Source of the DNA: a virus
Virus record (IMG/VR): IMGVR_UViG_3300002026_002465
Span: 64,001-128,000 of that record
DNA length: 64,000 bases
Strand: one strand, 5' to 3'
Part shown: piece by piece, positions 28,340 to 37,605 of the stretch
How the letters are laid out: each line of letters opens with the position of its first letter
Position numbering within the stretch: position 1 is the stretch's first letter
Translations under genes and position numbers: made by a program
The notes under the pieces: model-generated
Seen by the model: the letters and a program-made list of their open reading frames with translations, nothing else
Databases searched by the model: none
Told to the model about the DNA's origin: nothing

Positions 28340-31024
28340 ATGCCACGTATTCGTTCGGAACAGATTGCTAATTTTGGAATTAGTGATTTGCAGATTGCTT
28401 TAAATGCAGCAATCCAACAATCAAAAATTGCTGATCAACTCGCAGACCCACAAGGTTGGATTAGTAAAGGAACAATGAATGTTGTTGATTCATTTTCAAC
28501 AAACACAGCAGGTTATCAAGAATTCGGCTTAACTATTTCACCAACAGATGATTCAGGATTAAGACAAGAAACTATTTATTATTTTGAAGTAAATAATAAA
28601 GAATATGCAATCGCAACACCAGCTTCTGCACTAACACACCAACAAGTAGTTGATCTTATGCAAGCAGAAATATCAGGTGATGGTCTTGTTATTGCTATTG
28701 TAAACAATGATTATAGAATATCATCTGTTGCAACTGGATATGATAAAGTTGTTTTTATTAATCCAAATTGTACAAGACACCGCCTCCATGATTATTTAGT
28801 TGGATTTACATCATTTGAAAAACCAGTAAAGGGAACAGGAATTATATGGGGACCAGATCTTGCAGGAAGAATGTTCTTTGCTGCTGATACAAATGAAACA
28901 TATATTGGCGTAACAACCCAGCCATATTATCAATCATTAAGTGGTTCAGGTGCTGGTGAAAGTAAGATAACAACTGTTGTTGCTAATCAAGCTACAAACT
29001 GGAATGGAACTACTGCAACTATATTTAGATCTGAATATGGTTTTGCTCCTGATGGTTCAAATGTATTTGCATATTTAAACGGTCAATTATTACAATATGG
29101 TCCTGGTGGAAACAATGACTATCAAATTGAAATGGGAACTGGTACAGGTGGAGAGTATACTGATATCGTTTTAAATTCAAATTATAATATAACAGCAACA
29201 GATAAAGTAACGATGATAGTTTATATAAATAGTGAATTATCATCTTTTGCTACTAAGGCATATGTAAATAATAAATTTACAAATGGTGTAGAATTAAATG
29301 GTGATACAACAATTGATGGTAGTATTTTACCAGGACAGGGTGGATTATTTGATATTGGATCTACTACAGATACATGGAAAAACATATATCTTGGAGGATC
29401 AATTAAATTCTCACCAATAGGAACAGGTGACACAGCAGAAATTTATCATCAATTAGTTGGTGAAAACACTCAATTAAAATTCAAGATTGGTACTTCTGCT
29501 AATGATAAAATTATATTTGAAGATGAAAACAACACAGTAATTATGGCTATTGACGGTGAAGGTGGATGTACTATTCCTGGAAACTTAGTTGTTCAAGGAA
29601 CTACTACATATGCTAATGAAGATAATACAACTATAACAGATGCTGATTTTATTATTAAACAAGGTTCTGGTGATGGTGATGCTACATTCTCTGTAGAAAG
29701 AACAACAAATAACACTTCTATCAAATGGAATGATTCAATTGATAGATGGCAAGCTATTTATGGACCAACTGCTAATATAACTTCTACCATCCTTACAGAG
29801 GATGATTTGGTCAATGGAAAAAATCTTGATGCAAGATATGTTAATGAGAATCAAATTGTAGTATCAGGATCCACTGTAACTAGTGGTGCTGTAAAATATG
29901 CAGGATCATTTACTTCAGCCCCTCCTGATGGAGTTTTCTATGGTGGAACTATAAATCCAGATGCTCATGTAAGACTTAATTATGGTGGAGATTTATATGT
30001 ATCAGCTTTATATGCTGATGATATCTATGTTTCAGCAAGTTCACTTTATGTTAATGGTAAGAAAGCAATTGAAGATGATAATGATATAATGACATTCCGT
30101 GCTTCTGCTGATCAATCTATTCAAGTTAAAACAACTGGAACAGAAGGTGATATTGATTTAATATCAGTAGATAATATCACAGCAATTTCTGCTGGACACC
30201 TTGATTTCTCTATTTCAGGAACTAAAACTGGAAAAAATATATCATTTACAAACATTTCATCAGGTGGAGAAATTCAGTTTGCAGCAACTGGTAATAATGG
30301 AGTAATTCAAATACAAGCAGGTGGACCTCTTGCAGATGTTGTAAATATCAATACATCAGCAAATGCACCAACAGGAATAGGTAGACTTAACGTTGATGGT
30401 AATTTATATGCAACTGCATTTATTGGTAATATATCAACAGCTTCTAAACTTGAAACTGCAAGAACAATTTCATTATCAGGTGATACAACTGGTAGTATTA
30501 GTTTTGATGGATCTACGGATAAAGATATTGTAGTTTCAGTTAATAAAATAAGAGGTATTGCTTGTAATACTACAACAACTGATCCTACTGGAGCTAATAG
30601 ACTTAATATTGAAGGTTATGTTTATGCAACTAGAGTTTATAATGCAGTTTGGAATGACTTGGCAGAATTTATGCCTAAGGCAAAAGATTCAATGGCAGGT
30701 GATGTTATTATAATGACTTCATCTGGTGTTGCTCCTTCTGTTGCAAGGGCTCAAAAAGCAGTTGTTGGTGTTAATTCAGATACATATGGTTATATCCTTG
30801 GTGCTGAAGATCAAGAGAATAAAACACCAATTGGTCTTGCCGGTAGAGTTCAAGTTAAAGTTAAAGAAAAGTTAGAGATTGGTGATTTATTAGTAAGTGA
30901 TGAAGATGGTTTTGCTACTAAGGCAACGGCTGAAGAAGAAATGAGAGCTAGTATAATAATTGGAAAAGTTCTTGAAGAAAAAACAGATACAAATGTTTCA
31001 AGAATTTGGATGCTTATAAAATAA
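28340..31024 (+). CDS. tail fibre/spike with C-terminal intramolecular chaperone (peptidase G2/IMC-like) domain
   Basis: AGGAGG SD; C-terminal NAVWNDLAEFM...GDVI...VVGV.S...GLAGRVQVKV...GDLLVS...GFA...IIGKVLE is the D(Y/L)AE autocleaving chaperone pattern; LETARTISLSGD.TGS.SFDGS fibre motif. Confidence 0.8.
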   Translation: MPRIRSEQIANFGISDLQIALNAAIQQSKIADQLADPQGWISKGTMNVVDSFSTNTAGYQEFGLTISPTDDSGLRQETIYYFEVNNKEYAIATPASALTHQQVVDLMQAEISGDGLVIAIVNNDYRISSVATGYDKVVFINPNCTRHRLHDYLVGFTSFEKPVKGTGIIWGPDLAGRMFFAADTNETYIGVTTQPYYQSLSGSGAGESKITTVVANQATNWNGTTATIFRSEYGFAPDGSNVFAYLNGQLLQYGPGGNNDYQIEMGTGTGGEYTDIVLNSNYNITATDKVTMIVYINSELSSFATKAYVNNKFTNGVELNGDTTIDGSILPGQGGLFDIGSTTDTWKNIYLGGSIKFSPIGTGDTAEIYHQLVGENTQLKFKIGTSANDKIIFEDENNTVIMAIDGEGGCTIPGNLVVQGTTTYANEDNTTITDADFIIKQGSGDGDATFSVERTTNNTSIKWNDSIDRWQAIYGPTANITSTILTEDDLVNGKNLDARYVNENQIVVSGSTVTSGAVKYAGSFTSAPPDGVFYGGTINPDAHVRLNYGGDLYVSALYADDIYVSASSLYVNGKKAIEDDNDIMTFRASADQSIQVKTTGTEGDIDLISVDNITAISAGHLDFSISGTKTGKNISFTNISSGGEIQFAATGNNGVIQIQAGGPLADVVNINTSANAPTGIGRLNVDGNLYATAFIGNISTASKLETARTISLSGDTTGSISFDGSTDKDIVVSVNKIRGIACNTTTTDPTGANRLNIEGYVYATRVYNAVWNDLAEFMPKAKDSMAGDVIIMTSSGVAPSVARAQKAVVGVNSDTYGYILGAEDQENKTPIGLAGRVQVKVKEKLEIGDLLVSDEDGFATKATAEEEMRASIIIGKVLEEKTDTNVSRIWMLIK

Positions 31025-31025
31025 T

Positions 31026-31059
31026 AAAAAGCGGCATCTTAAATGGTGCCGCTTTTTTT
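31026..31059. terminator. bidirectional rho-independent terminator
   Basis: AAAAAGCGGCATC-TTAAAT-GGTGCCGCTTTTTTT between the fibre operon (+) and the radical-SAM operon (-). Confidence 0.9.
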
Positions 31060-31085
31060 ATAAAAAAAGTATATAATAATTTTAA

Positions 31086-32186
31086 TTACGAATAGAATAT
31101 TTTTCTATCTCCTGATAAATACTTTAATTTATAGTTTTCTATCATTGAATCTTGAAGAAAATAAAATTGATTTAAATGATAATACTCGTTCAGTTCAATT
31201 TGTCTATAAAATGTTTTTAATCCTTGCCATGAATTAGAGTGTTTACCTAGACCTAAAACAGAATTTAAATATCCATTAATATTATTAGGCTTATCGAAAT
31301 AAATAAAGTTAAAATTAAAATCATAATTTTTTCTTAAAAAATTATAAAAATTTTCATTTGTTATATCTTTTTCATAATCATATTTATTGTTTTCTAATAT
31401 ATTTTTTAGTAATTTATCAATATAATTTATTTTTACATCTCTAAGTTTATTTTCAGCAAAATCATTATGAAATGTTGTTGTGAGTTTACTATATACAGTT
31501 ATTTTAGGAATATCAAGATTAGATAAGAAATTAAAATCATTTATCAATGTTTGATTGCTTTGATCTGAAAGCCCAGCCATTAAATCAACATTAATAATAT
31601 GCTTTTTATTTTTAAATTTATTAATAATATGTCTTAGTCTTTTTTCAATTATTTCTATTGACGGGTTAAATCTGTCTTCTGACGTTAAAGGTTGTGGACT
31701 TAATGATTGAATTCCTATACTTACTCTATTTATAAAATTAGAATCTGCTAAAAAATCTATTTTATCTTCAGTAAGAGTAGAGATACTTGTTTCAAAACTA
31801 TATATATTGTTGTTCATATCTAAATTAAAATTAGATTTTATCATATCAAACAATCTTTTCATTTGATATGGCTGGAGTAGTGATGCAGTCCCTCCACCTA
31901 TATAAAGAGACTTAAATACTTGATTCTTAAATAATGGTGAATACTCTTTCATTTGTAGTTCTAAATTATTTAAATAATCATTTATTTGTTCTTCATTTTT
32001 ATATAAATCTACAAAATAAATACAATATTTACATTGATGTAAACAAAATGGAATTTTTATAAATAATGATAAATAATCATATTCATTTTTTGTTTCAAAA
32101 TAATCATTCCATAATTCATATATTTGTTCTTTTGAAAGAGAATTTTCTTCTGAATCTTGTTGATAATCTGTTTTTAATTCTAACAC
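31086..32186 (-). CDS. HemN-like (class C) radical SAM enzyme
   Basis: FIKIPFCLHQCKYC (CxxxCxxC), YIGGGTAS, RVSIGIQS, INVDLMAGL. Confidence 0.85.
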   Translation of the reverse strand: MLELKTDYQQDSEENSLSKEQIYELWNDYFETKNEYDYLSLFIKIPFCLHQCKYCIYFVDLYKNEEQINDYLNNLELQMKEYSPLFKNQVFKSLYIGGGTASLLQPYQMKRLFDMIKSNFNLDMNNNIYSFETSISTLTEDKIDFLADSNFINRVSIGIQSLSPQPLTSEDRFNPSIEIIEKRLRHIINKFKNKKHIINVDLMAGLSDQSNQTLINDFNFLSNLDIPKITVYSKLTTTFHNDFAENKLRDVKINYIDKLLKNILENNKYDYEKDITNENFYNFLRKNYDFNFNFIYFDKPNNINGYLNSVLGLGKHSNSWQGLKTFYRQIELNEYYHLNQFYFLQDSMIENYKLKYLSGDRKIFYS

Positions 32187-33100
32187 TTAAATTCCTTGAG
32201 TGCATTATCTATATCATTTTCAATAAAAAAATTAGATTTATAATTTCTATATTTTTCTATTCCTGAATTACAATCCAATACTGAATAATTATATTTTTTA
32301 TCTAAAACTTCTTTCATTATTTCATATACTAATCCTTCATCATAAACATGATGAAGTGCATCTTTATATACCAAAGCATTTGGATATATTTTTTCTATAG
32401 AATCTTTATTATAATCAGTATATTGCACTTCTATTAAATTTAAATGGGATATACCTATTTTATCAAATATTTCAAGATGTGATAACAATAAATCCTTGTG
32501 CAAAGGCCATGATGGTTCTTCTATTGTTATAATAAATCCCATTTCTTTTGCATCATACAAATAGTCAAAAACTTTTTTAGAAAAACCACTTGCACTTATG
32601 TGCACTCTAAGTTCTTGAATATTCATATTCTTTAATATTAATAAATTTTCTTTATTTAATAACAATCCATTAGTATAAATATGTTTGTAAATATTGTAAT
32701 TATTATTTGATTCTATTTTTGAAAGTAATTTTGAAAATTCTTCATATTCATTTAAATATAATAATGACTCTCCCCATGTATTAAATGATACTGTTTTTGG
32801 TTTGAAATTTAAATCTAAACTCTTTTTATATAATTCTTTAATTTCAGTTTTTGGAATATCATTGAAATAATCAAGCATTTCATTGTCAATATTATTATAA
32901 TAACACATTGGACATTTTAATTGACATTTAGTTCCAACATGAATAGCAAATGATTGATTTGTTTTAAAACAAGATATACATCCTGGAGATATTTTTCCTA
33001 TGTGAATGCAATCACCATTTACATGCTTTTCAAGTTCTGGTATAGATTTTTGAGATTCTAATTTTTTCTGGAAAATATCACTATAAGATACTATTTTCAT
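32180..33100 (-). CDS. radical SAM enzyme (GKISPGCxxC subtype, COG2108-like)
   Basis: GKISPGCISCF plus CQLKCPMC; HIYTNG; start at ATG 33100 coupled ATGA to the upstream stop. Confidence 0.85.
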   Translation of the reverse strand: MKIVSYSDIFQKKLESQKSIPELEKHVNGDCIHIGKISPGCISCFKTNQSFAIHVGTKCQLKCPMCYYNNIDNEMLDYFNDIPKTEIKELYKKSLDLNFKPKTVSFNTWGESLLYLNEYEEFSKLLSKIESNNNYNIYKHIYTNGLLLNKENLLILKNMNIQELRVHISASGFSKKVFDYLYDAKEMGFIITIEEPSWPLHKDLLLSHLEIFDKIGISHLNLIEVQYTDYNKDSIEKIYPNALVYKDALHHVYDEGLVYEIMKEVLDKKYNYSVLDCNSGIEKYRNYKSNFFIENDIDNALKEFKC

Positions 33101-34629
33101 GTTTTTTCGCCACAAATAACTAAAGCACTAAACTCACCAACATTGAATATATTTTCTATATTATATTTTTCTTTCGTTTTGATTAATCTATCTTCTATAA
33201 AATTTTTGTCAAAAATAACACCATTGTTAAAAACATTATAAATTAATATTATTTTTCCAGAAAATTTATTTTGTTTATATAATTTATATCTAAAATCAAA
33301 TTCATCTAGTGTGTTGTCAATGCCTGCATTAAGAATATAATCAAATTTATGATGATCAATAATACAGTCTTCATCATTGATTGTAAAATTAATTTTCGAT
33401 CCATTAAAAGTTTTTAAAATATTTGCTATTTTAATAGAAGTTTCATCAATATCAAATCCATGTATTAATATATTTGGAAACACTTCTTCTAGAATAAATG
33501 AATTTGTGCCATTATTACAGCAAATATCTAGAATTTTACTTCCAGATTTAATATCTAATTGTTTAAGCAATAATTTTCTAGCACTGTAAGATTGAATATC
33601 ACAGTCAAATAATATTTCATTGTTTAAAATAATAGGTGAAACAAGTTTATTATTCTCTTTTGAATATTTTAATAAATCTAAAATATCTTTTTTATATTCT
33701 ATTGGATAAATATCTAATTCATTTTGATAAAGATCAACATATTCTTTCCAAACACCTAAACATTTATTGTTATATACACATCTTAAACATTCTTGAGGTT
33801 TTTTAAAGTCATATTTAACCATCTCTTTAAAGTCACCATCAGGTTCATAGCCTGGATTGTCATTTACAAGTTCTATACATCTATCATATGATGAATATGA
33901 TTGATATTCTTCTAATGATCCTTCAATTTGATGTTTAAAACCTTGTAAATAACATGGAGGGAAGGCACTTGTATATATTTTATAATAATATTTACTTAAA
34001 ATATTATGAACAATATCTTTTAAGTCTGAATATTTTGGAACAACATTGTAAAAATCAGCCAATGCATTTCCCATAGCATGAGGAAATGTTAAACTTGAAT
34101 TATCAACATTTAACATATGAAAGAAATCAAATGTTTTTTCAAGTGATAATAAATTATATTTTGATATAACCGTTTGTGTTTGTATTTTAAATTTATCAGA
34201 TTTTAAATTAATTAGATTTGATAGTCCATTCAATGTATCATCCCATGAACCTTCTTTTTGACAAATAAAATCGTGTTCTACTTTATCAAAAGAATGTATA
34301 GCTACAAGAAAAGAATCTACATATTTTACAAGTTCTTTTGTAAGATTTATATCTTTAAGTCCAGTGCCATTTGTTTGTAGATCTATAGTGCAACTTGGAT
34401 TTATCTTTTTTATATATTGAACCATATCAACTAAATCTGGCCTTATTGTTGGTTCACCCCCTGTGATAGTGAATTTATCACATGTAGAGTATTTGTCTAT
34501 TATATTTTTCAATTCATCAAGAGAAAAATCAGGTCTATGTGTATATTGTTTTTTATCTGAAACAACACAATGAACACAATTATGATTACAATTCCAGCCC
34601 ACTTTTAAATCAATATGACTTTCTAACAT
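33097..34629 (-). CDS. radical SAM enzyme with Cys-rich auxiliary motif fused to a class I methyltransferase-like domain
   Basis: CNHNCVHC, TGGEPT, LQTNGT, KPQECLRCVYNNKCLGVWKEY; C-terminal GSKILDICCNNGT...IHGFDIDE (SAM-binding motifs I/II-like). Confidence 0.85.
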   Translation of the reverse strand: MLESHIDLKVGWNCNHNCVHCVVSDKKQYTHRPDFSLDELKNIIDKYSTCDKFTITGGEPTIRPDLVDMVQYIKKINPSCTIDLQTNGTGLKDINLTKELVKYVDSFLVAIHSFDKVEHDFICQKEGSWDDTLNGLSNLINLKSDKFKIQTQTVISKYNLLSLEKTFDFFHMLNVDNSSLTFPHAMGNALADFYNVVPKYSDLKDIVHNILSKYYYKIYTSAFPPCYLQGFKHQIEGSLEEYQSYSSYDRCIELVNDNPGYEPDGDFKEMVKYDFKKPQECLRCVYNNKCLGVWKEYVDLYQNELDIYPIEYKKDILDLLKYSKENNKLVSPIILNNEILFDCDIQSYSARKLLLKQLDIKSGSKILDICCNNGTNSFILEEVFPNILIHGFDIDETSIKIANILKTFNGSKINFTINDEDCIIDHHKFDYILNAGIDNTLDEFDFRYKLYKQNKFSGKIILIYNVFNNGVIFDKNFIEDRLIKTKEKYNIENIFNVGEFSALVICGEKT

Positions 34630-34639
34630 TAATTAATCC

Positions 34640-35101
34640 TTATAATGACTTTACGTATTCTATTGCTTTTTCCATATTAAAAAACATTACATCTTTTTTT
34701 GTATATTCATACATGTTATCTTCAATATAATTAAATTCTGGTATTAATGCTTTTTCTTTTTTAATGTCGAAAGTATCATCCTGTTTAGGATTACTTTTAT
34801 CAAAATACTCTTTAAATTTATTAAAATTATTAACTTCAATTGTTTTTATTGAACTATCAAATATAAGTTTCCACCTTGTTTTTACCATTTCAAATTTATC
34901 ATCATCTTTCAGAAAGTTTTTTACTGTCATAATGTCATATACTGTTGGACAGTCTTGTTGTATTATTATTATTTTATTTAAAAGCTCTTTGTAATTATCG
35001 TTTATTACAATATCAATATGACTTTTTATAACTTCATCAATACCATAGCCTATATTATTAATTAAATAAGCGTTTTTTATTTCCTCTCCATTATAATTCA
35101 T
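34640..35101 (-). CDS. hypothetical accessory protein (paralog of 43251-43709)
   Basis: GGAGG SD; shares IDx(V/I)IxDN(Y/F)xE and FD....EVx..xKxK segments with 43251-43709. Confidence 0.75.
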   Translation of the reverse strand: MNYNGEEIKNAYLINNIGYGIDEVIKSHIDIVINDNYKELLNKIIIIQQDCPTVYDIMTVKNFLKDDDKFEMVKTRWKLIFDSSIKTIEVNNFNKFKEYFDKSNPKQDDTFDIKKEKALIPEFNYIEDNMYEYTKKDVMFFNMEKAIEYVKSL

Positions 35102-35999
35102 TGTTTACCTCCCAATTTAAAAATACATTTGTTACAGGTTTTAAAAATTTATCATCATAAATATAATAATAAGATTTATGAATTCCAAGACAATATTCAA
35201 AATGTGTGCATTTTTCACAATTAAAATGAAAAACATTTTCTTTAAATAAATCTCTTATTTGTTTTATTCCATTTTCTTTTTTCAAAGAAGCTAAAATCCA
35301 ATTATATTCTATAGAATATTTAACAAGATTTTTTAATTCACATATAGGAATATATGCTATTCTATATTTACTTTTATCTCTTGAATTACTAATTATAGTA
35401 TTTAATATATTATATACATCACCATATAAAGGTAAAAATTTTTGTATTTCACTTATATCAGCATTAAATGGATTATATACTTTAAAAAAAATATCAGCAT
35501 TTGGCCATTTTGAACTTACATAAGAATTCCATTCCTCCATAGAATCTAAATTTATTTTATTTACAACAACTCCAATTGTTATTTCTTTAAATTTATAATT
35601 ATAAATTTTATCTATTAATTGTATTTTTTCTTTATAAAATACTCTATTACAAAGTTTATCATGTATTTCTTCAATGTGACTATCTAAAGATGTAGATATT
35701 GATATCTTAGATATGTCTCTTTTAATAAACTCATCAAAAAAAGCATTATCATTAAATTTTAATAAATTACTTATCACAAGTATATTATCAAACTTATTTA
35801 GACAAATATCTAATATTTCAAAAAAATCTGGTCTTATAGTTGGTTCACCACCTGTAATAGTTATATTACTACTTTCACATTTAATAATATCTATTTGTTT
35901 TAAAATATCATTTGAAGATGGAATTGGAGAGTTTTTTTCTCCACAGAACTCACAATCTAAATTGCATATTCCACCCAAATTAATATCATTAACAATCAT
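35091..35999 (-). CDS. radical SAM enzyme with C-terminal CxxC-x4/5-C motif
   Basis: CNLDCEFC, TGGEPTIRPD, YIPIC, CEKCTHFEYCLGIHKSY; immediately downstream of the putative substrate gene. Confidence 0.85.
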   Translation of the reverse strand: MIVNDINLGGICNLDCEFCGEKNSPIPSSNDILKQIDIIKCESSNITITGGEPTIRPDFFEILDICLNKFDNILVISNLLKFNDNAFFDEFIKRDISKISISTSLDSHIEEIHDKLCNRVFYKEKIQLIDKIYNYKFKEITIGVVVNKINLDSMEEWNSYVSSKWPNADIFFKVYNPFNADISEIQKFLPLYGDVYNILNTIISNSRDKSKYRIAYIPICELKNLVKYSIEYNWILASLKKENGIKQIRDLFKENVFHFNCEKCTHFEYCLGIHKSYYYIYDDKFLKPVTNVFLNWEVNNEL

Positions 36000-36658
36000 A
36001 GATTATCTTGATATGTTGCTGGATTAGTGAATACATTTAAATATGTTAAATTAGCATATGCTGTTGCTGTGTTTAAATGACTACTTCCTGTATTAGAATG
36101 ATTTCCATGATTTCTATGGCATGTATAACTTCTAGTATTTGAACTATGTGAGTTGCTATGATTTTGATAACCATTAAGATATGATGGTGCAGGACTATCT
36201 GTATAGTTTGAATAATTAGCATAGGCAGCTACTTGTTTAAGTCTTGTAGCAATTTCATCTATTTTTGATTTTGTAATTACTTCTCCTTCTACAACAGGCC
36301 CAACTGATCCTAACATCCCCATTTCTGACATTTCATCTAATAACCCTGAATATGTTCCATTTATTACACCACTTTGTTCATTAAGATGTTCTTGTTCAAT
36401 TATTTCACTATCTGCAACTTCAGTATCTGAAACACGAGTATATGTTGGAGATCCTGCATACCCAAACTGTATTTTTACAGCTTTTGCATGTTGTCTAAGC
36501 TGTTTTAATGTTTCACCATCTAATTTTGTATCTGCTTTTACTGTTCCATCAGCATTAAAATATGTTGAGTTAAACGGTAAATCTAATGGCCATTTTTTAG
36601 CGGAGTCATCAATTTCAGTAGCTGCATTTGAATAATTTGCGTAATTTACATATCCCAT
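35996..36658 (-). CDS. putative radical-SAM substrate (RiPP-precursor-like), 220 aa, with (Y/H)-X-N repeat tail
   Basis: AAGGAG SD then ATG 36658 (MGYVNYANYSN...). C-terminal YANYSNYTD..YLNGYQNHSNSHSS..HRNHGNHSN..HLN..YAN..YLN.FTN..YQD. It is the only low-complexity peptide-like gene amid 11 radical SAM genes. Substrate role is inference. Confidence 0.75.
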   Translation of the reverse strand: MGYVNYANYSNAATEIDDSAKKWPLDLPFNSTYFNADGTVKADTKLDGETLKQLRQHAKAVKIQFGYAGSPTYTRVSDTEVADSEIIEQEHLNEQSGVINGTYSGLLDEMSEMGMLGSVGPVVEGEVITKSKIDEIATRLKQVAAYANYSNYTDSPAPSYLNGYQNHSNSHSSNTRSYTCHRNHGNHSNTGSSHLNTATAYANLTYLNVFTNPATYQDNL

Positions 36659-36660
36659 AA

Positions 36661-37605
36661 CTATATCTCCTTTTTTAAGAATCCTAGGCATGGACCTGGA
36701 CACTCTTTGAATAAGAAACAACATTTTTTACATTCTTCAGGTAAACCTTGTGTCGAATATGCTAACCTTTTTCTAAGAAAAAGTTCATTTTCAACTGTAT
36801 TCAATAAAGAATGTTTATCCATATCAACTCTTATGTTTTCTCCTGGATAACAATATTGAACTTCTGATGGATTCAAAATATCAACTGGAATTCCATTTTC
36901 ACAACCATATTTGAACCCTTCAAGCCATTCTAATAAAAATGTTTTTACAGTATTATCTTTGATCATACACGGATAAATTCCGCAATCTAGATTAAATTTT
37001 ACTTTATTTTTTATACCCCAATTAACAAAATCAATAATTCTATCAATATATTCATAATTATTAAAAAAATACATTTTACTATTAGTATCTTTTGGGTTTG
37101 GAAATGGTAAACTTATTCTTGCTCTACTAAACACATCACCTAATTTTTCCTTATACTTATTTAAATTATCTTCATAATATTTAAAATCATAATCAAGATT
37201 GATTGTATACCCTAATCTTATATTAGCATTAGTGTATTTAGATATTAATAGCATGTTTTCAGATGTTAAATCAAACTGTTGTTGAGATACTTCAGAAACA
37301 TTTATTAAAAATCCAAGATTTTTTTCACTTATAAAATCTATAATACTGTTTAAAATTTTTTCTCCAAAAATAAAATTGCTTATTAAAGTAATTTTATTTG
37401 GTAGTGTTTTCAAATAAGATAGTATTTCAACAAAATTTGAATTATTTGTTGGTTCACCACCTAAAAGAGATATGTTATTATTTACAGTCATTTTTTTTAC
37501 AATGTTTTTTACATCATCTAATGACATTTCACTTTTATCTAGAACATCTTTAGCAAAGCAAAAAGAGCATCCTTTATTACATGAAGTAGTTAAGATAAGA
37601 TTCAT
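36661..37605 (-). CDS. radical SAM enzyme with SPASM/twitch-like Cys motifs
   Basis: CNKGCSFC, LLGGEPT, LDCGIYPC, YCYP, CKKCCFLFKECPGPC. Confidence 0.85.
   Translation of the reverse strand: MNLILTTSCNKGCSFCFAKDVLDKSEMSLDDVKNIVKKMTVNNNISLLGGEPTNNSNFVEILSYLKTLPNKITLISNFIFGEKILNSIIDFISEKNLGFLINVSEVSQQQFDLTSENMLLISKYTNANIRLGYTINLDYDFKYYEDNLNKYKEKLGDVFSRARISLPFPNPKDTNSKMYFFNNYEYIDRIIDFVNWGIKNKVKFNLDCGIYPCMIKDNTVKTFLLEWLEGFKYGCENGIPVDILNPSEVQYCYPGENIRVDMDKHSLLNTVENELFLRKRLAYSTQGLPEECKKCCFLFKECPGPCLGFLKKEI

Noticed and set aside
36659-36724. ORF-track N-terminal extension (MLFLIQRVSRSMPRILKKGDIV) of the putative substrate
   Set aside because: It overlaps the upstream enzyme's 3' end and contains the AAGGAG SD that serves ATG 36658.
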